DNA from: an uncultured Phycisphaerales bacterium
Lineage (GTDB): Bacteria; Planctomycetota; Phycisphaerae; Tepidisphaerales; Tepidisphaeraceae
Direction: 5' to 3'
Assembly: GCA_963758525.1 (NCBI GenBank)
Contig: CAVWVQ010000003.1
Location: 416,001-480,000 of the forward strand
DNA: 64,000 bases
Below, in pieces: positions 45,237-54,943 of the stretch. Both the position numbers and the translations under genes were made by a program. How positions within the stretch are numbered: position 1 is the stretch's first letter; every line of letters begins with the position of its first letter. The notes below the pieces were generated by a model. That model was given only the letters and a program-made list of their open reading frames with translations, did not search any database and had not been told where the DNA came from.

Positions 45237-45446
45237 GTGATTCTGATTCTGGCGCTGGTTCTCGACCGCGCCATCCTGGAACTGGTCAACATCGATCCTG
45301 CCAATCCAGTGGAGATTTCCACCGATGACGGCCGGCGGCTCATCGTCACGCCAGTAAGGGATGCCAAAAGACGGGACACGGTCCGTGCGACCCTCGCGGC
45401 AGTGAACAAAAAACACGGCGGCGCGCTGAAACGGCTCGCGGAGTGA
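45237..45446 (+). pseudogene. AbrB/MazE-type antitoxin remnant, 5' truncated, no toxin
   Basis: LALVLDRAILEL..VEISTD..LIVTPV..LKRLAE matches the family body; the N-terminal GNS strand is absent. Confidence 0.6.
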
Positions 45447-45456
45447 CGCGTCATTT

Positions 45457-46815
45457 CTACTCGAGTTCGGATTCGCCGCCGACCAGGTAGATCGAGTTCT
45501 TGCCGGCTTGCTTGGCGCCGAACATGAGGACGCCATCGGCCGCTTTAATCAGCGTGCCGGCGTCCGATGCGTCATACGGATAGACGGCCATTCCGGCGCT
45601 GATGCCCAGGGTTCCGCGGCCGGCAGCGCCCAGGTTGACGAAGTCAACTCCGTTGATGAGCCGGCGAAACCGCTTGAAAATCTCGATCGGAGTCTGCGGA
45701 GCGCGCGACGGGCCGTTGAGCTTCGGCTCGCGCGGCTGGCGGGGACCTTCTTTGTCCCAGAAGACCACGGCAAACTCGTCGCCGCCGATGCGGGCCACCA
45801 GGTCGTGATCGCGGCAGCAACGCTTCATCAGGCCGGCGGTCTGCTTGAGAATCTCATCCCCGACGCCATGACCAAATTGATCGTTGTACTTCTTGAAATC
45901 ATCGATATCGAACAGCAGCAGCGTCACGGGGAAGCGCATAACCCTTCCGCGCTCGATGATCCGCGAGAGAAAATGCCGGAAATAGCGGGCATTGTAGAGG
46001 CCAGTGAGCTCGTCGGTAATGGCGAGCCGCTGCAACAGATTGTGACGCTCCTGCAGGCTCGTGAGCTTCATCAGCAGATGCGCAAGTTGGGCCAATGCAT
46101 GACGGGCGGCGGATTCGTCCTGATCCGCGGGAATCAGCAGATGCAAAGCGCCAGCCTCCTCGTGCTGATGACGCAAGCCGTGAGAGAGCAGAACGCGGCC
46201 CTCGTCGATCTGAGGATGCGCTTCGCCGGGACGGGCAAAGAAGAGGCGGGCCAGTCGCTCCGGCAGCCTGGCGTTCATCGCGGAGACGGCGGCGGCGGGC
46301 GAATCGTGCGGATGCTGGATGATCGCGTCGAGCAGGAGATCGGCGTTGTTGAGCCGCTCGAGCGCGTCAGCGGCCGCAGTCGACGACGCGAGCGCATCGA
46401 CTTCCTCCGCTGCCAGCTCCTGCGGGTGATGATCGCCGGCGGCAATCCTCAAGGGAGCAGAGCCGAAAACCTGCTGCAACTCGACGGCGCCAACCGGCGT
46501 GACCACGTAGTCGTCCGCCCCGAAGCTCAGCATTTTTCGCGAGAGCAGTTCGAGCGTCGGATGCCCGAACAGAATCAGGCGGCTGTCGCCGGCGAGTTCG
46601 CGGAGCGTGCGGACCGCCGCTTCAGGCCGACGCTCGATCGGCTCCGCCGCGGCGACCACTGCCGTGTACGCGCCGCCGGCCAACTCCGCAATACCTTCGA
46701 ACACGCTGCCGACGCTGGTGACCTGCGCCGCCGGAAGCGCCTGGGCCAAAGCGCCGTAGACTTCCCGCCGGGGGTCGCCGATCAGAAGGACACGATGTTG
46801 AAGCGGTCGGACCAT
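45457..46815 (-). CDS. GGDEF diguanylate cyclase with a receiver-like N-terminus
   Basis: TDELTGLYN, DIDDFK, GHGVGD, RxxD I-site (RDHD), RIGGDEF. Confidence 0.92.
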   Translation of the reverse strand: MVRPLQHRVLLIGDPRREVYGALAQALPAAQVTSVGSVFEGIAELAGGAYTAVVAAAEPIERRPEAAVRTLRELAGDSRLILFGHPTLELLSRKMLSFGADDYVVTPVGAVELQQVFGSAPLRIAAGDHHPQELAAEEVDALASSTAAADALERLNNADLLLDAIIQHPHDSPAAAVSAMNARLPERLARLFFARPGEAHPQIDEGRVLLSHGLRHQHEEAGALHLLIPADQDESAARHALAQLAHLLMKLTSLQERHNLLQRLAITDELTGLYNARYFRHFLSRIIERGRVMRFPVTLLLFDIDDFKKYNDQFGHGVGDEILKQTAGLMKRCCRDHDLVARIGGDEFAVVFWDKEGPRQPREPKLNGPSRAPQTPIEIFKRFRRLINGVDFVNLGAAGRGTLGISAGMAVYPYDASDAGTLIKAADGVLMFGAKQAGKNSIYLVGGESELE

Positions 46816-46822
46816 CGTCGGC

Positions 46823-47398
46823 TTATCCTTCTTCGCCCGGCGGACTGAAGGTTTGCTCCTGCAAGAGCGCCCGTAATTCGTCGGCGGTCAACACCGGCTC
46901 GGTGAGCGAGCGTTCGAATTCCAACGATGCCGCGGTAGACTCGGCCATCGCTTCCGCATGCGCCGCTTCCCCGGCCACGAGCGGCTCATCTCCTCGGGCC
47001 GACGCAGCGCTCTCGGTCGAGGCGGCGCCTGGAACCGCAATCCGATGCAGCCCGTCCTCCCCCAGCAACCCATCGGCCCCGAGCCGCATGCCGTCTGCCA
47101 GCGCGGCGGCGCGCCCGTCGGTCTGGGTGAGCCAAATATCGATATGGGGAAACCGCCGTTTCACGACCGCGATCAATGGGAGTTCTTCACGGTACAAGCT
47201 CCCAAGACTCAGGATCAGCGCCCGGTAAATCAGCGGATGGCGGCACAATTCCATCATCGCGGCATACGGATCATCTGCCTCGGTGCTGGCAAAGCCGAGC
47301 CGTTCCAGCATCCCCCCCGCCTCGACGCGCGAAGCCGGGCTTCCAACGAGCAATGCCCGCCCTGCTGGCCGCGTTACTGGAAAACTCACGCCGGACAT
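46823..47398 (-). CDS. Hypothetical protein, degenerate receiver-like
   Basis: Beta/alpha pattern with RLGADG; lies 7 nt upstream of the GGDEF gene. Confidence 0.65.
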   Translation of the reverse strand: MSGVSFPVTRPAGRALLVGSPASRVEAGGMLERLGFASTEADDPYAAMMELCRHPLIYRALILSLGSLYREELPLIAVVKRRFPHIDIWLTQTDGRAAALADGMRLGADGLLGEDGLHRIAVPGAASTESAASARGDEPLVAGEAAHAEAMAESTAASLEFERSLTEPVLTADELRALLQEQTFSPPGEEG

Positions 47399-47571
47399 AG
47401 CACGTTATTATAGCGATTATCTTGTTCGCCGTTAAGCGTGGGCTGCCGTGGTGATGCGAGGATGCGAGGAAAAGATGAGGGGCTGATGGACCGCAATGAA
47501 GAGAATTTTGGCGAACCGCTTTGAACGATACCCCATCGCCGAGGCGCGACTTCTTGGGCTAAACTCAGTTG

Positions 47572-47844
47572 ATGCCGCAATCTGCAACGACAATCAGCGT
47601 GGACCTCCAAGCTGCGGAAATCCTGCGTCGGGTCTCGCAGCGTGCATTGGCGAATGGCGAGACTCTTGGCGCATACCTGTCGCACACACTTCCGGCCGAG
47701 TCATTCGAGGCGCCGAAATCGACCTCTCAACGCGACGCGTGGGAGGCCTTCGTGGCGGGAATGGTGTCTTGGTCAACGGCGCACTTGCCGCCCGGCTACG
47801 TCGCCGACGACAGTCGTGATGCGAGTTACGACGACCGATCCTGA
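47572..47844 (+). CDS. Antitoxin-like small protein
   Basis: Ribbon-helix-helix-like N-terminus and C-terminal DDSRDASY; TGATG-coupled to an MRTLLDT start. Confidence 0.6.
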   Translation: MPQSATTISVDLQAAEILRRVSQRALANGETLGAYLSHTLPAESFEAPKSTSQRDAWEAFVAGMVSWSTAHLPPGYVADDSRDASYDDRS

Positions 47845-47870
47845 TGCGGACCCTCCTTGATACGAAATGT
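47844..47870 (+). pseudogene. Stub of a PIN/VapC toxin
   Basis: MRTLLDT matches the PIN first strand (hhhDTN); similarity ends immediately after. Confidence 0.45.
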
Positions 47871-47966
47871 TTCCGAGGCGTTCGGCCGTGGGTTTCCGAG
47901 CGTCGTCAATCCGAGCGCGAGTTCTTTGCTGCACCCGTCAGATCTGCAACTTTTGCAGCAGGTTGG

Positions 47967-48587
47967 TTAAAAAAAAAGTGCCGCCACTTGCGCGATCAGC
48001 GTCCCCGCAAAATCGGCTTTCGATCTTGATTCCAATGCCTCCTCCTTGCCAGACCGCCATAGCAGAACCGACTCAATCGTGGTGCTGTTTAGCGTCTCGA
48101 TGGGGTTGTAGACGATCAGATCGAGATTCTTGCGGAGAAGCTTGTCCCTCGATCGGGCGAGGTTGCCGGGCGATTCGAGGCTGAAGCCGACGGTACGTTG
48201 ATGGGGCGCTTTGATCCGGCCGACGGCTTCGAGAATGTCCGGCGTGGCCTCGCACTCGATCGTGAGCCTTCCCTCGCGGGCAAGCTTGTCGCCGGTAAGT
48301 TTCGCCGGTCGGAAGTCCGCCACGGCGGCGGCCATGATGAGAAGATCGTGGCGGGGAAATTCCAGAAGGACGGCAGCCTGCATCTGTTCGGCGGTTTCGA
48401 CATCAACTCGCCGGATTGCCGATGGCATCGCGATCTGAATCGGCCCGAGAATCGCCGTAACCTCATGACCCGCCGAAAGGGCGGCGCGACAAAGCGCGTC
48501 ACCCATCTTCCCGCTGCTGCGGTTCCCGATGTAGCGAACGGGATCGATCGGCTCGCGCGTCGGTCCTGCCGTGATGAGAATCTTCAC
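47967..48587 (-). CDS. coaB: Phosphopantothenate--cysteine ligase, stand-alone CoaB domain
   Basis: ITAGPTREPIDPVRYIGNRSSGKMG, AAAVADF, VGFSLE; no CoaC flavoprotein domain. Confidence 0.92.
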   Translation of the reverse strand: MKILITAGPTREPIDPVRYIGNRSSGKMGDALCRAALSAGHEVTAILGPIQIAMPSAIRRVDVETAEQMQAAVLLEFPRHDLLIMAAAVADFRPAKLTGDKLAREGRLTIECEATPDILEAVGRIKAPHQRTVGFSLESPGNLARSRDKLLRKNLDLIVYNPIETLNSTTIESVLLWRSGKEEALESRSKADFAGTLIAQVAALFF

Positions 48588-48618
48588 GTCAATCGCCTGA
48601 AACTACATGACCGCTTGC

Positions 48619-49185
48619 TTACTTCGCGGGCTCTGTGGGCGGCGTTGTCGCCGGAGCGGGCGCGGCGTCAGTCGTGGGCGAAGCGGCCGGTGCGGTTGCC
48701 GGCTCGGTCGTCGGTCCGGTCGATGGTTCCGTGGACGGCTCTGCCATGGCCTCGGCGCCGCTGAGTTCGATTCCGGCGCCATGATCGACCACGACGAAAT
48801 CGTTCTTCCCCGGCTTGAGCGTGACGTCGATACGATCCGGTGAGCCGGGGCCGATTTTCAAGGCTTCGCCCAGGTTTAAATCGCCGCTGTAGATGCGCAG
48901 ATACGCATTGGCGGATTTGTCGAAGTCGCCGGTGACTTTCGGGTTCGACGCGGTCTTTCCGGCCGGAACGACGCCGAAACCCCATTGACCGTCGCTGGCC
49001 GTCCCAGCCTGAATCACATCCTCGGGCGTCGCCCAGAGGGGATCCTTCGAGGTTCCGTCCCTCGCCAGAACAAGCGTCAGCGGCTTGGTCGAGTTGTTGT
49101 GAACGGCGATGTCATAGGTACGAGACTGGCTGGCGCAGCCCACGACAAGCCCAAGCAACGAAAGAAGCGCAGTTCGGGTTAGCAT
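48619..49185 (-). CDS. Putative lipoprotein
   Basis: Signal peptide with lipobox VVGC; Pro/Thr-rich tail. Confidence 0.75.
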   Translation of the reverse strand: MLTRTALLSLLGLVVGCASQSRTYDIAVHNNSTKPLTLVLARDGTSKDPLWATPEDVIQAGTASDGQWGFGVVPAGKTASNPKVTGDFDKSANAYLRIYSGDLNLGEALKIGPGSPDRIDVTLKPGKNDFVVVDHGAGIELSGAEAMAEPSTEPSTGPTTEPATAPAASPTTDAAPAPATTPPTEPAK

Positions 49186-49343
49186 TCGGGCATCCTAACC
49201 AAGATTTCCCGCGGAAGGTAGCACCGTCGAAACGCGCGACAAGCGCAGTTATTTCCGACACGGTTATCAGACCCGCGGTTCGACCACCGGTCATTCTGGT
49301 CCACCACCGCGGATCTTCGATTTGATCAGGCAGCGTGTGCCGT

Positions 49344-51577
49344 TCACGGCACTGTCGTCGGATCGCTCTTGGAAAATCCGTGCAGGCGGGCCATGTTCAT
49401 CAGCGTCTGCTGAGTTCCGATGTCACCTGGCTCGGGCTTGCGCTGCTCGTAGGATCCGTCGCTGCGCATCTCCCACGCCTGACGGCGGTCGCGCAGCATG
49501 ATGTTCAGAATCTCCCACAATCTCTCGCGCAGGTGACGCTTCTCGATGGGGGCGGCGGCCTCCACGCGGGCCAGCAGATTGCGGTACATCCAGTCGGCCG
49601 AGCCGATGATGAACTCTCCATCCAACTCGTCGGCCGCGCCGTTGCGGAAGTAAAAGATCCGAGAGTGCTCGAGGAATCGGCCGATAATTGAAATCACCGA
49701 AATATTTTCACTCAGCCCGTTGACGCCAGGCCGCAGGACGCAGAATCCGCGGACGATCAAGTCGATCTTCACGCCGGCCTGCGAAGCGTGGTAGAGCACC
49801 GGCAAACCTTGCGGTCTTCCAGGGCGTTCATCTTCGCGACGATCCGCGCGGGTTTGCCGGCTTTCGCATTGGCCGCCTCGCGATCGATCAGCTCCAGAAA
49901 CCTTGCCTGCATGTTGACCGGCGCGACAAGCAGCTTGCGATAGTCGCGCTTGAGCGATCTGCCCGTGAGGTAATGAAACAATTCGATCACATCGTGCGTG
50001 ATGCCCGGATCGCAGGTGAACAAACCGAGATCGGTGTAGAGCTTGGCGGTGCCGGAGTGATAGTTGCCGGTGCCGATGTGCACGTAGGAGCGGATCCCGT
50101 CCAAATCCTGACGCACCACGAGCGTGGTCTTCGTGTGTGTCTTGAGCCCGACGATGCCATAAACAACATGCACCCCCGCCTTTTCCAGGGCGCTGGCCAG
50201 GTGGATGTTGCGCTCCTCGTCAAAGCGGGCCTTGAGCTCGACGAGGCAGACCACCTGCTTGCCCGCCTCGGCAGCGCCGATGAGCGTCTGAATGAACGAG
50301 CTTCTGTCGCCCGTTCGATAGAGCGTCATCTTGATCGCCAGCACGTTGGGATCGGCGGCGGCGGCGCGGACGAATCGCTCGACGCTGCCCGTGAAGCTCT
50401 CATACGGAAGATGCACCAGCACGTCGCCATTGTGGATGACGTTGAAGATATCCGCGTCCTCATCGGCGAAAGGCGCCGGGACCATCGCGCTCCAAGGCTC
50501 AAACCGCAGGCGCGGAATGTTCAGGTCGGCGATGCTTCGCAGATCGTCGTAATCCAGCTCGCCGGACATCTCGTACAAATCCTCGGGCACCAATTGCAGC
50601 TCGCGCATCAGAAATTCCAGCACCCATTGGTTGGTGTTGGGCCCGTATTCCAGCCGAACCATCCGCGCGAAGCGACGCTGGCGGATCTCCTCTTCCATCA
50701 GCTCCAGCAGATCTTCCGCCTCTTCCTCGTCACGCTCGAGATCGGCATTGCGCGTGACCCGAAACGGCATCACGTCCACCACCGCCATGTCCGGAAACAG
50801 GTCCTGCAGATTTTGGCGGATCAGCGTGTTCAAACTGACGAACCGCATCGGCCCGCTGCCGGCGACATTGTGCAGGCCGACCCATTTCGGCAGCACTTCC
50901 GGCACTTTCACGCGCGCGAACAGGTTCTCGTGTTTGTCGGGATGGTGCAGGACGACCGCCAATGAAGTTGAAAGGTTGGAGATGAACGGAAATGGAATGC
51001 CCGGATCGACCGCCAATGGCGTGAGCACCGGAAAAACCGTTGCGCGGAAATAGCGTGTGGCGCTTTCGCGATCGGTCTCGCTCAGGTCGGACCATTCGAG
51101 CAGATGAATCCCATTTTCCGCCAACGCCGGCCGCAGGACATTCTTGTAGCACGCGGCCTGCTGCGCGAGCATCGGCACCACCGCCGCGCGAATCGACGCC
51201 AGTGTGTGGGCCGGGGTCATCCCGTCCAGCGACTGCGCCACGACGCCCGCGGCAATCTGCCGCTTGAGACCGCCGACGCGCTTCATGAAATATTCGTCGA
51301 GATTCGAGGTGAAGATCCCCAGAAACCGCACGCGCTCCAGCAAGGGCGTGCGATCGTCCAACGCCTCGTGCAGCACCCGGCGATTGAATTCCAGCCAGGT
51401 CAGATCTCGGCTGAGAAACTCGGAGGGCCCTGCCGCCGCTGCACCTGCTCCAGTGACAGACACGCTTGCGGCGACCGCGCCGTTCCCGCTGGCGACGATC
51501 TCGCTGAGCGAAGCGGTGGAGCGCTCCACCACGTCCGCTTCCTGCCGGCCCCCGAAGTTGCGTCTCGATTTAGCCAT
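49344..51577 (-). CDS. ppk1: Polyphosphate kinase 1; frameshift near 49800
   Basis: RDLTWLEFNRRVL, IKMTLYR, ELKARFDEE, KTHTK, GTGNY, GRFLEHSRI, SADWMYRNL. Confidence 0.96.
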
Positions 51578-51592
51578 CCCGTCGCTCTTCTT

Positions 51593-52534
51593 TTAGTTTG
51601 TCGAATGCAGCAGTTCGTCGCGCTGAACGATTTCCATGACCGGCTTTCCATCAATCGCGGGATCGACCGCAATTCCCATCAGGTAGCAGACCGTCGCGAA
51701 CGTGTCCTCGGTATTCACCACCAGATGCGGATCGATCGTCAGATCCAGGTCGTGAAAAATGCCTGGCCCCATCGCGATCCACGGGATATGCCGCGACCGC
51801 GGATCATCCGGCCCATGCGCCCGCCCTGCGCCGCCATGATCGGCCGACAGAATCACAAGCGTCGAGCCGGTGAGACCTTCCTTGTCGATTGCGGCGAGCA
51901 CACGCCCGACCGCGGCATCCGCCAGTGCAACAGCCGCGCGCTGCTGGCGCGTGCCCCAGCCGACGGCATGACCCACGTTATCGACGTTGGGCAGATGGAC
52001 GAACAGAAAGTCCGGATGATGCTCGTGAATGATCTGCTCGGCGTGCTCTGCCACTACATCATCGGTTATTGTCGTCGCTTCCGGGATAAACATCCAGTCG
52101 ATCGATCCCGGCTTTGCCAGCGCGCGGAACTTCGACTTCCCGGCGGCCATCCCCGTCGTGAAGCCCCCCTGCTTCATCAGTTCGAAGATTGTCGGCACAT
52201 TCGGATATTTCTGCGGCACTCCCGCCGGAAGCGGGTCATTCCACGTGACGCCGTGCCGCTGCGCGGTCACTCCAGTGAGCATGCTCGTGTGCGACGGGAG
52301 CGTAATCGACTCGGGGATCGTCCGGGCCCAAAAGGTATAGCTCCCCTCATCCATCATGCGATGGATCACCGGCGTATTGGATCGCAGCAGAACATCCGGG
52401 CGCAAACCGTCAATACTGATGACAACCGCGTGTGTGATTGCCGCAACGGGTCGCGTCGTCGGCTCCGCAGCCACGCCGCACCGGGTTAGAAATGTACAGC
52501 TCAGAAAAAGCAGCCCGATAGTGGTTCGTCGCAT
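51593..52534 (-). CDS. Secreted alkaline phosphatase superfamily (NPP-type) protein
   Basis: SIDGLRPD, TLPSHTSMLTG, DNVGH, SADHGG; signal peptide. Confidence 0.88.
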   Translation of the reverse strand: MRRTTIGLLFLSCTFLTRCGVAAEPTTRPVAAITHAVVISIDGLRPDVLLRSNTPVIHRMMDEGSYTFWARTIPESITLPSHTSMLTGVTAQRHGVTWNDPLPAGVPQKYPNVPTIFELMKQGGFTTGMAAGKSKFRALAKPGSIDWMFIPEATTITDDVVAEHAEQIIHEHHPDFLFVHLPNVDNVGHAVGWGTRQQRAAVALADAAVGRVLAAIDKEGLTGSTLVILSADHGGAGRAHGPDDPRSRHIPWIAMGPGIFHDLDLTIDPHLVVNTEDTFATVCYLMGIAVDPAIDGKPVMEIVQRDELLHSTN

Positions 52535-52570
52535 GAGACCTCCGCCTCGATCTGATCTTCCCCGGGCTTT

Positions 52571-52635
52571 GTGTAGCCGCCGAGCTTGCTCGCCGTTTCA
52601 TGTCCAAGAGAAAACCGCGAGCTCGGCGGCTACAC
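52571..52635. repeat. GTAG-type REP family C inverted doublet
   Basis: Perfect 16 bp inverted repeat GTGTAGCCGCCGAGCT/AGCTCGGCGGCTACAC. Confidence 0.75.
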
Positions 52636-52672
52636 GAAACAACCGGTTGTCCGCGTTCGCTGACTCGCTCCT

Positions 52673-53179
52673 CTACTTTCCAACCACTCGCAAATGTGAC
52701 GCCTTGAGCGACCAGAGCAGTCGCCCGTGTCCGGGCTTCACCTCATCGGCCAGTTCCACCAGCGCTGCTCCCCCTTTTTTGATGTCGATAAACGATTCCT
52801 GTAATCCCGTCATCAGCCACGCTGCAAATGTGCTTAAATGCGGCTCATGCCCGATGAGGGCGATAACGCTGTCCGGCTTCTGGCTCTGCAGCCATGTCAG
52901 CAGTCCCGCCAGTGGCTTGCGCGGCAGGAGCTGCGGGAGCTGCACCGGCTCGATCGAAGCATAATCGCGCGCGACGATTCGCCCGCTCTGCACTGCTCGT
53001 CGAAGCGGGCTCGTTGCCAGCACCGTGATCTGCGGCTCCAGCACGCGCAAGCCTTTGCTCGCCTGTCGCATCTTTTTCCTTCCCGATTTCGTCAACGGCC
53101 GCAGATTGTCATCCTTCCCCGTTGCCGCAAATTCGTCCCGGTCCTCCGCGATGCCGTGTCGAATCAATAAAATCCGCAT
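52673..53179 (-). CDS. sixA: SixA-type phosphohistidine phosphatase
   Basis: LIRHG, RPLT, TSPLRRA, IGHEP. Confidence 0.85.
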   Translation of the reverse strand: MRILLIRHGIAEDRDEFAATGKDDNLRPLTKSGRKKMRQASKGLRVLEPQITVLATSPLRRAVQSGRIVARDYASIEPVQLPQLLPRKPLAGLLTWLQSQKPDSVIALIGHEPHLSTFAAWLMTGLQESFIDIKKGGAALVELADEVKPGHGRLLWSLKASHLRVVGK

Positions 53180-53770
53180 GTGCCATTGGATAGTTCATGC
53201 CACGGGGAACGGCAACGCGCGGCGGGCGAGGTTCATCGAATCTGAATCTTGGTAGAGTCACTGCCCCGTTTTTCGTAATGGTAATCTTCCGCCAGATCAC
53301 CACCGATGTTTTCCATGGCCTTGGCCCGGATGACCTGCCGCTGGTCCTGGTCCAGATAGAACCGGCTCGGGATCAAATGAGAGAAAGTCTCGACAACGAA
53401 GAGCCCGGCCCGAGGAACCCAAGCAATGCCGCGCGACTTTGAACCACGGGGCTGCTACGGGGCAAACAGCCGCTTTACAATCCGGGACAACGCGAATGAC
53501 CGCCGGGCGGTCAACCCTTGTTTGCCGCTCGGAATCAGCGGTTCGCTTGACACAACTTTACAGAATTTTACGTATTCGAGTGGTGCGTAAATACCGAAAA
53601 CTCGCTTGCGTTACGACAACAGATGAGCGTTGCCGCTGATTCGGTGCTCGAATCCATCCGACAGTTGCCGCGATTGAGCAGATGAAAGACCGGACCGCCG
53701 ACCGAGGACCGCAGCCTTCGAGCCATGGGAACGCAGCGAAAACCGTAAAACTTGGAGCTTCAATTGAGAC

Positions 53771-54196
53771 TTACGTTCTCCTCAACGCAGGCGTATGGGT
53801 TATCCCGACAAGTAGCCCTTCGGGTCCCAATAGCCGCGTGACGATTTGCCCCCAAGGCTCGGTTCGCGTCGCAACCAGCACCTTGTAGCCTTGCGACTTA
53901 AGTTCCGCGGTGGCCTTTTCCACATCAGCAACGTCAAATTCAACCCATGCCTGGGGGACGGGAAAATTGCCGGGCCAATCCTTCGAGCCAAAGCAGGAGT
54001 CCGCTGCTTGCGCCAATGGCCACAATGCAAAATGCTTCACACCATCGAGCTCGCCCGTATGCAGGTAACCGGTGGCATCTTCTTTAAAGCGCAGGCCCAG
54101 TGTTTGCGAATAGAACTTTCGGCTTGCTACCGGGTCGCGAATAATGGGCCCAAAACCGGCGACAAATAGAACTTCAATGTTTCTTGGCGTCTTCAT
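53771..54196 (-). CDS. VOC/glyoxalase family protein
   Basis: FYSQTLGL, EFDVADV, EPWGQ..GPEGLLVG. Confidence 0.85.
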   Translation of the reverse strand: MKTPRNIEVLFVAGFGPIIRDPVASRKFYSQTLGLRFKEDATGYLHTGELDGVKHFALWPLAQAADSCFGSKDWPGNFPVPQAWVEFDVADVEKATAELKSQGYKVLVATRTEPWGQIVTRLLGPEGLLVGITHTPALRRT

Positions 54197-54205
54197 GTCC
54201 GGTTC

Positions 54206-54943
54206 CTATGGTTGAGACCCTTTGCTGCGTCCCTTGGGCGCGCGGTCGAGCCAGGGATACTTGCCCCAGATGGCGTCTACTCCTCGCGCATAGGTGGAAT
54301 ATGTGTGGTAGACGACGCCGTCCTCAAGCGCGAAAGCGCTCATGCCCTCCCGCTCGCGCGAATAAGTACCCACATCCGTTCCGGTTGTGGCTGCGTTATT
54401 GGCAGGAGCGGAGCGCGTCGCTTCGGACCTCGCAATATTCATCACGGGGTCGTCGCGGCGGAAGTTGTAGTTGGCGCCATCGCGCACTTGCTCAGCCGTG
54501 AAGGAGACGTGGAAATCGAAATTAAAGTCGCTGCCGAACGACGACGCCCAGGGAAAGGTCCAACTTTTTTCGCGCTTGTAGTCTTGCAGCTTTGCCAAAG
54601 GGCCCCGTGACACGGCCCAGAGCGTGACGTCATGATTTGCCAGGTGGGCGGTAATGCCGTTGAAGCCGTCCGCGATGGATGAGCACGACGGGCAACCCTT
54701 CGAGTATTCCGGTCCGAACATGAAGTGGTAGACGAGCAGTTGAGAGCGCCCTCTGAAGAGATCAGCCAGCGATGCTTTTCCTTCCTCCGTGTCGAATCTG
54801 TATTCCTTCTCTATCGGAACCCACGGCAACTCTTGCCGCCGCTGCGCTACTTCGTCTCCACGCCGCGTCAGCTCCTTCTCCGCCTTGAGCAAATCAAGCC
54901 GAGCTGACAGCCACTCTTCGCGCGTTCCAGTCTTATGATTCGG
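54206..54943 (-). pseudogene. DUF899 thioredoxin-like protein lacking its start codon
   Basis: NHKTGTREEWLSARL, LPWV, YHFMFG, CPSCS, TYSTYARG, LDRAPKGR; the frame runs into the repeat array with no ATG. Confidence 0.8.

Noticed and set aside
53233..53450. Minus-strand frame ending ..DQRQVIRAKAMENIGGDLAEDYHYEKRGSDSTKIQIR*
   Set aside because: It looks protein-like but has no convincing start and no recognisable family, so it is not supportable as a gene.
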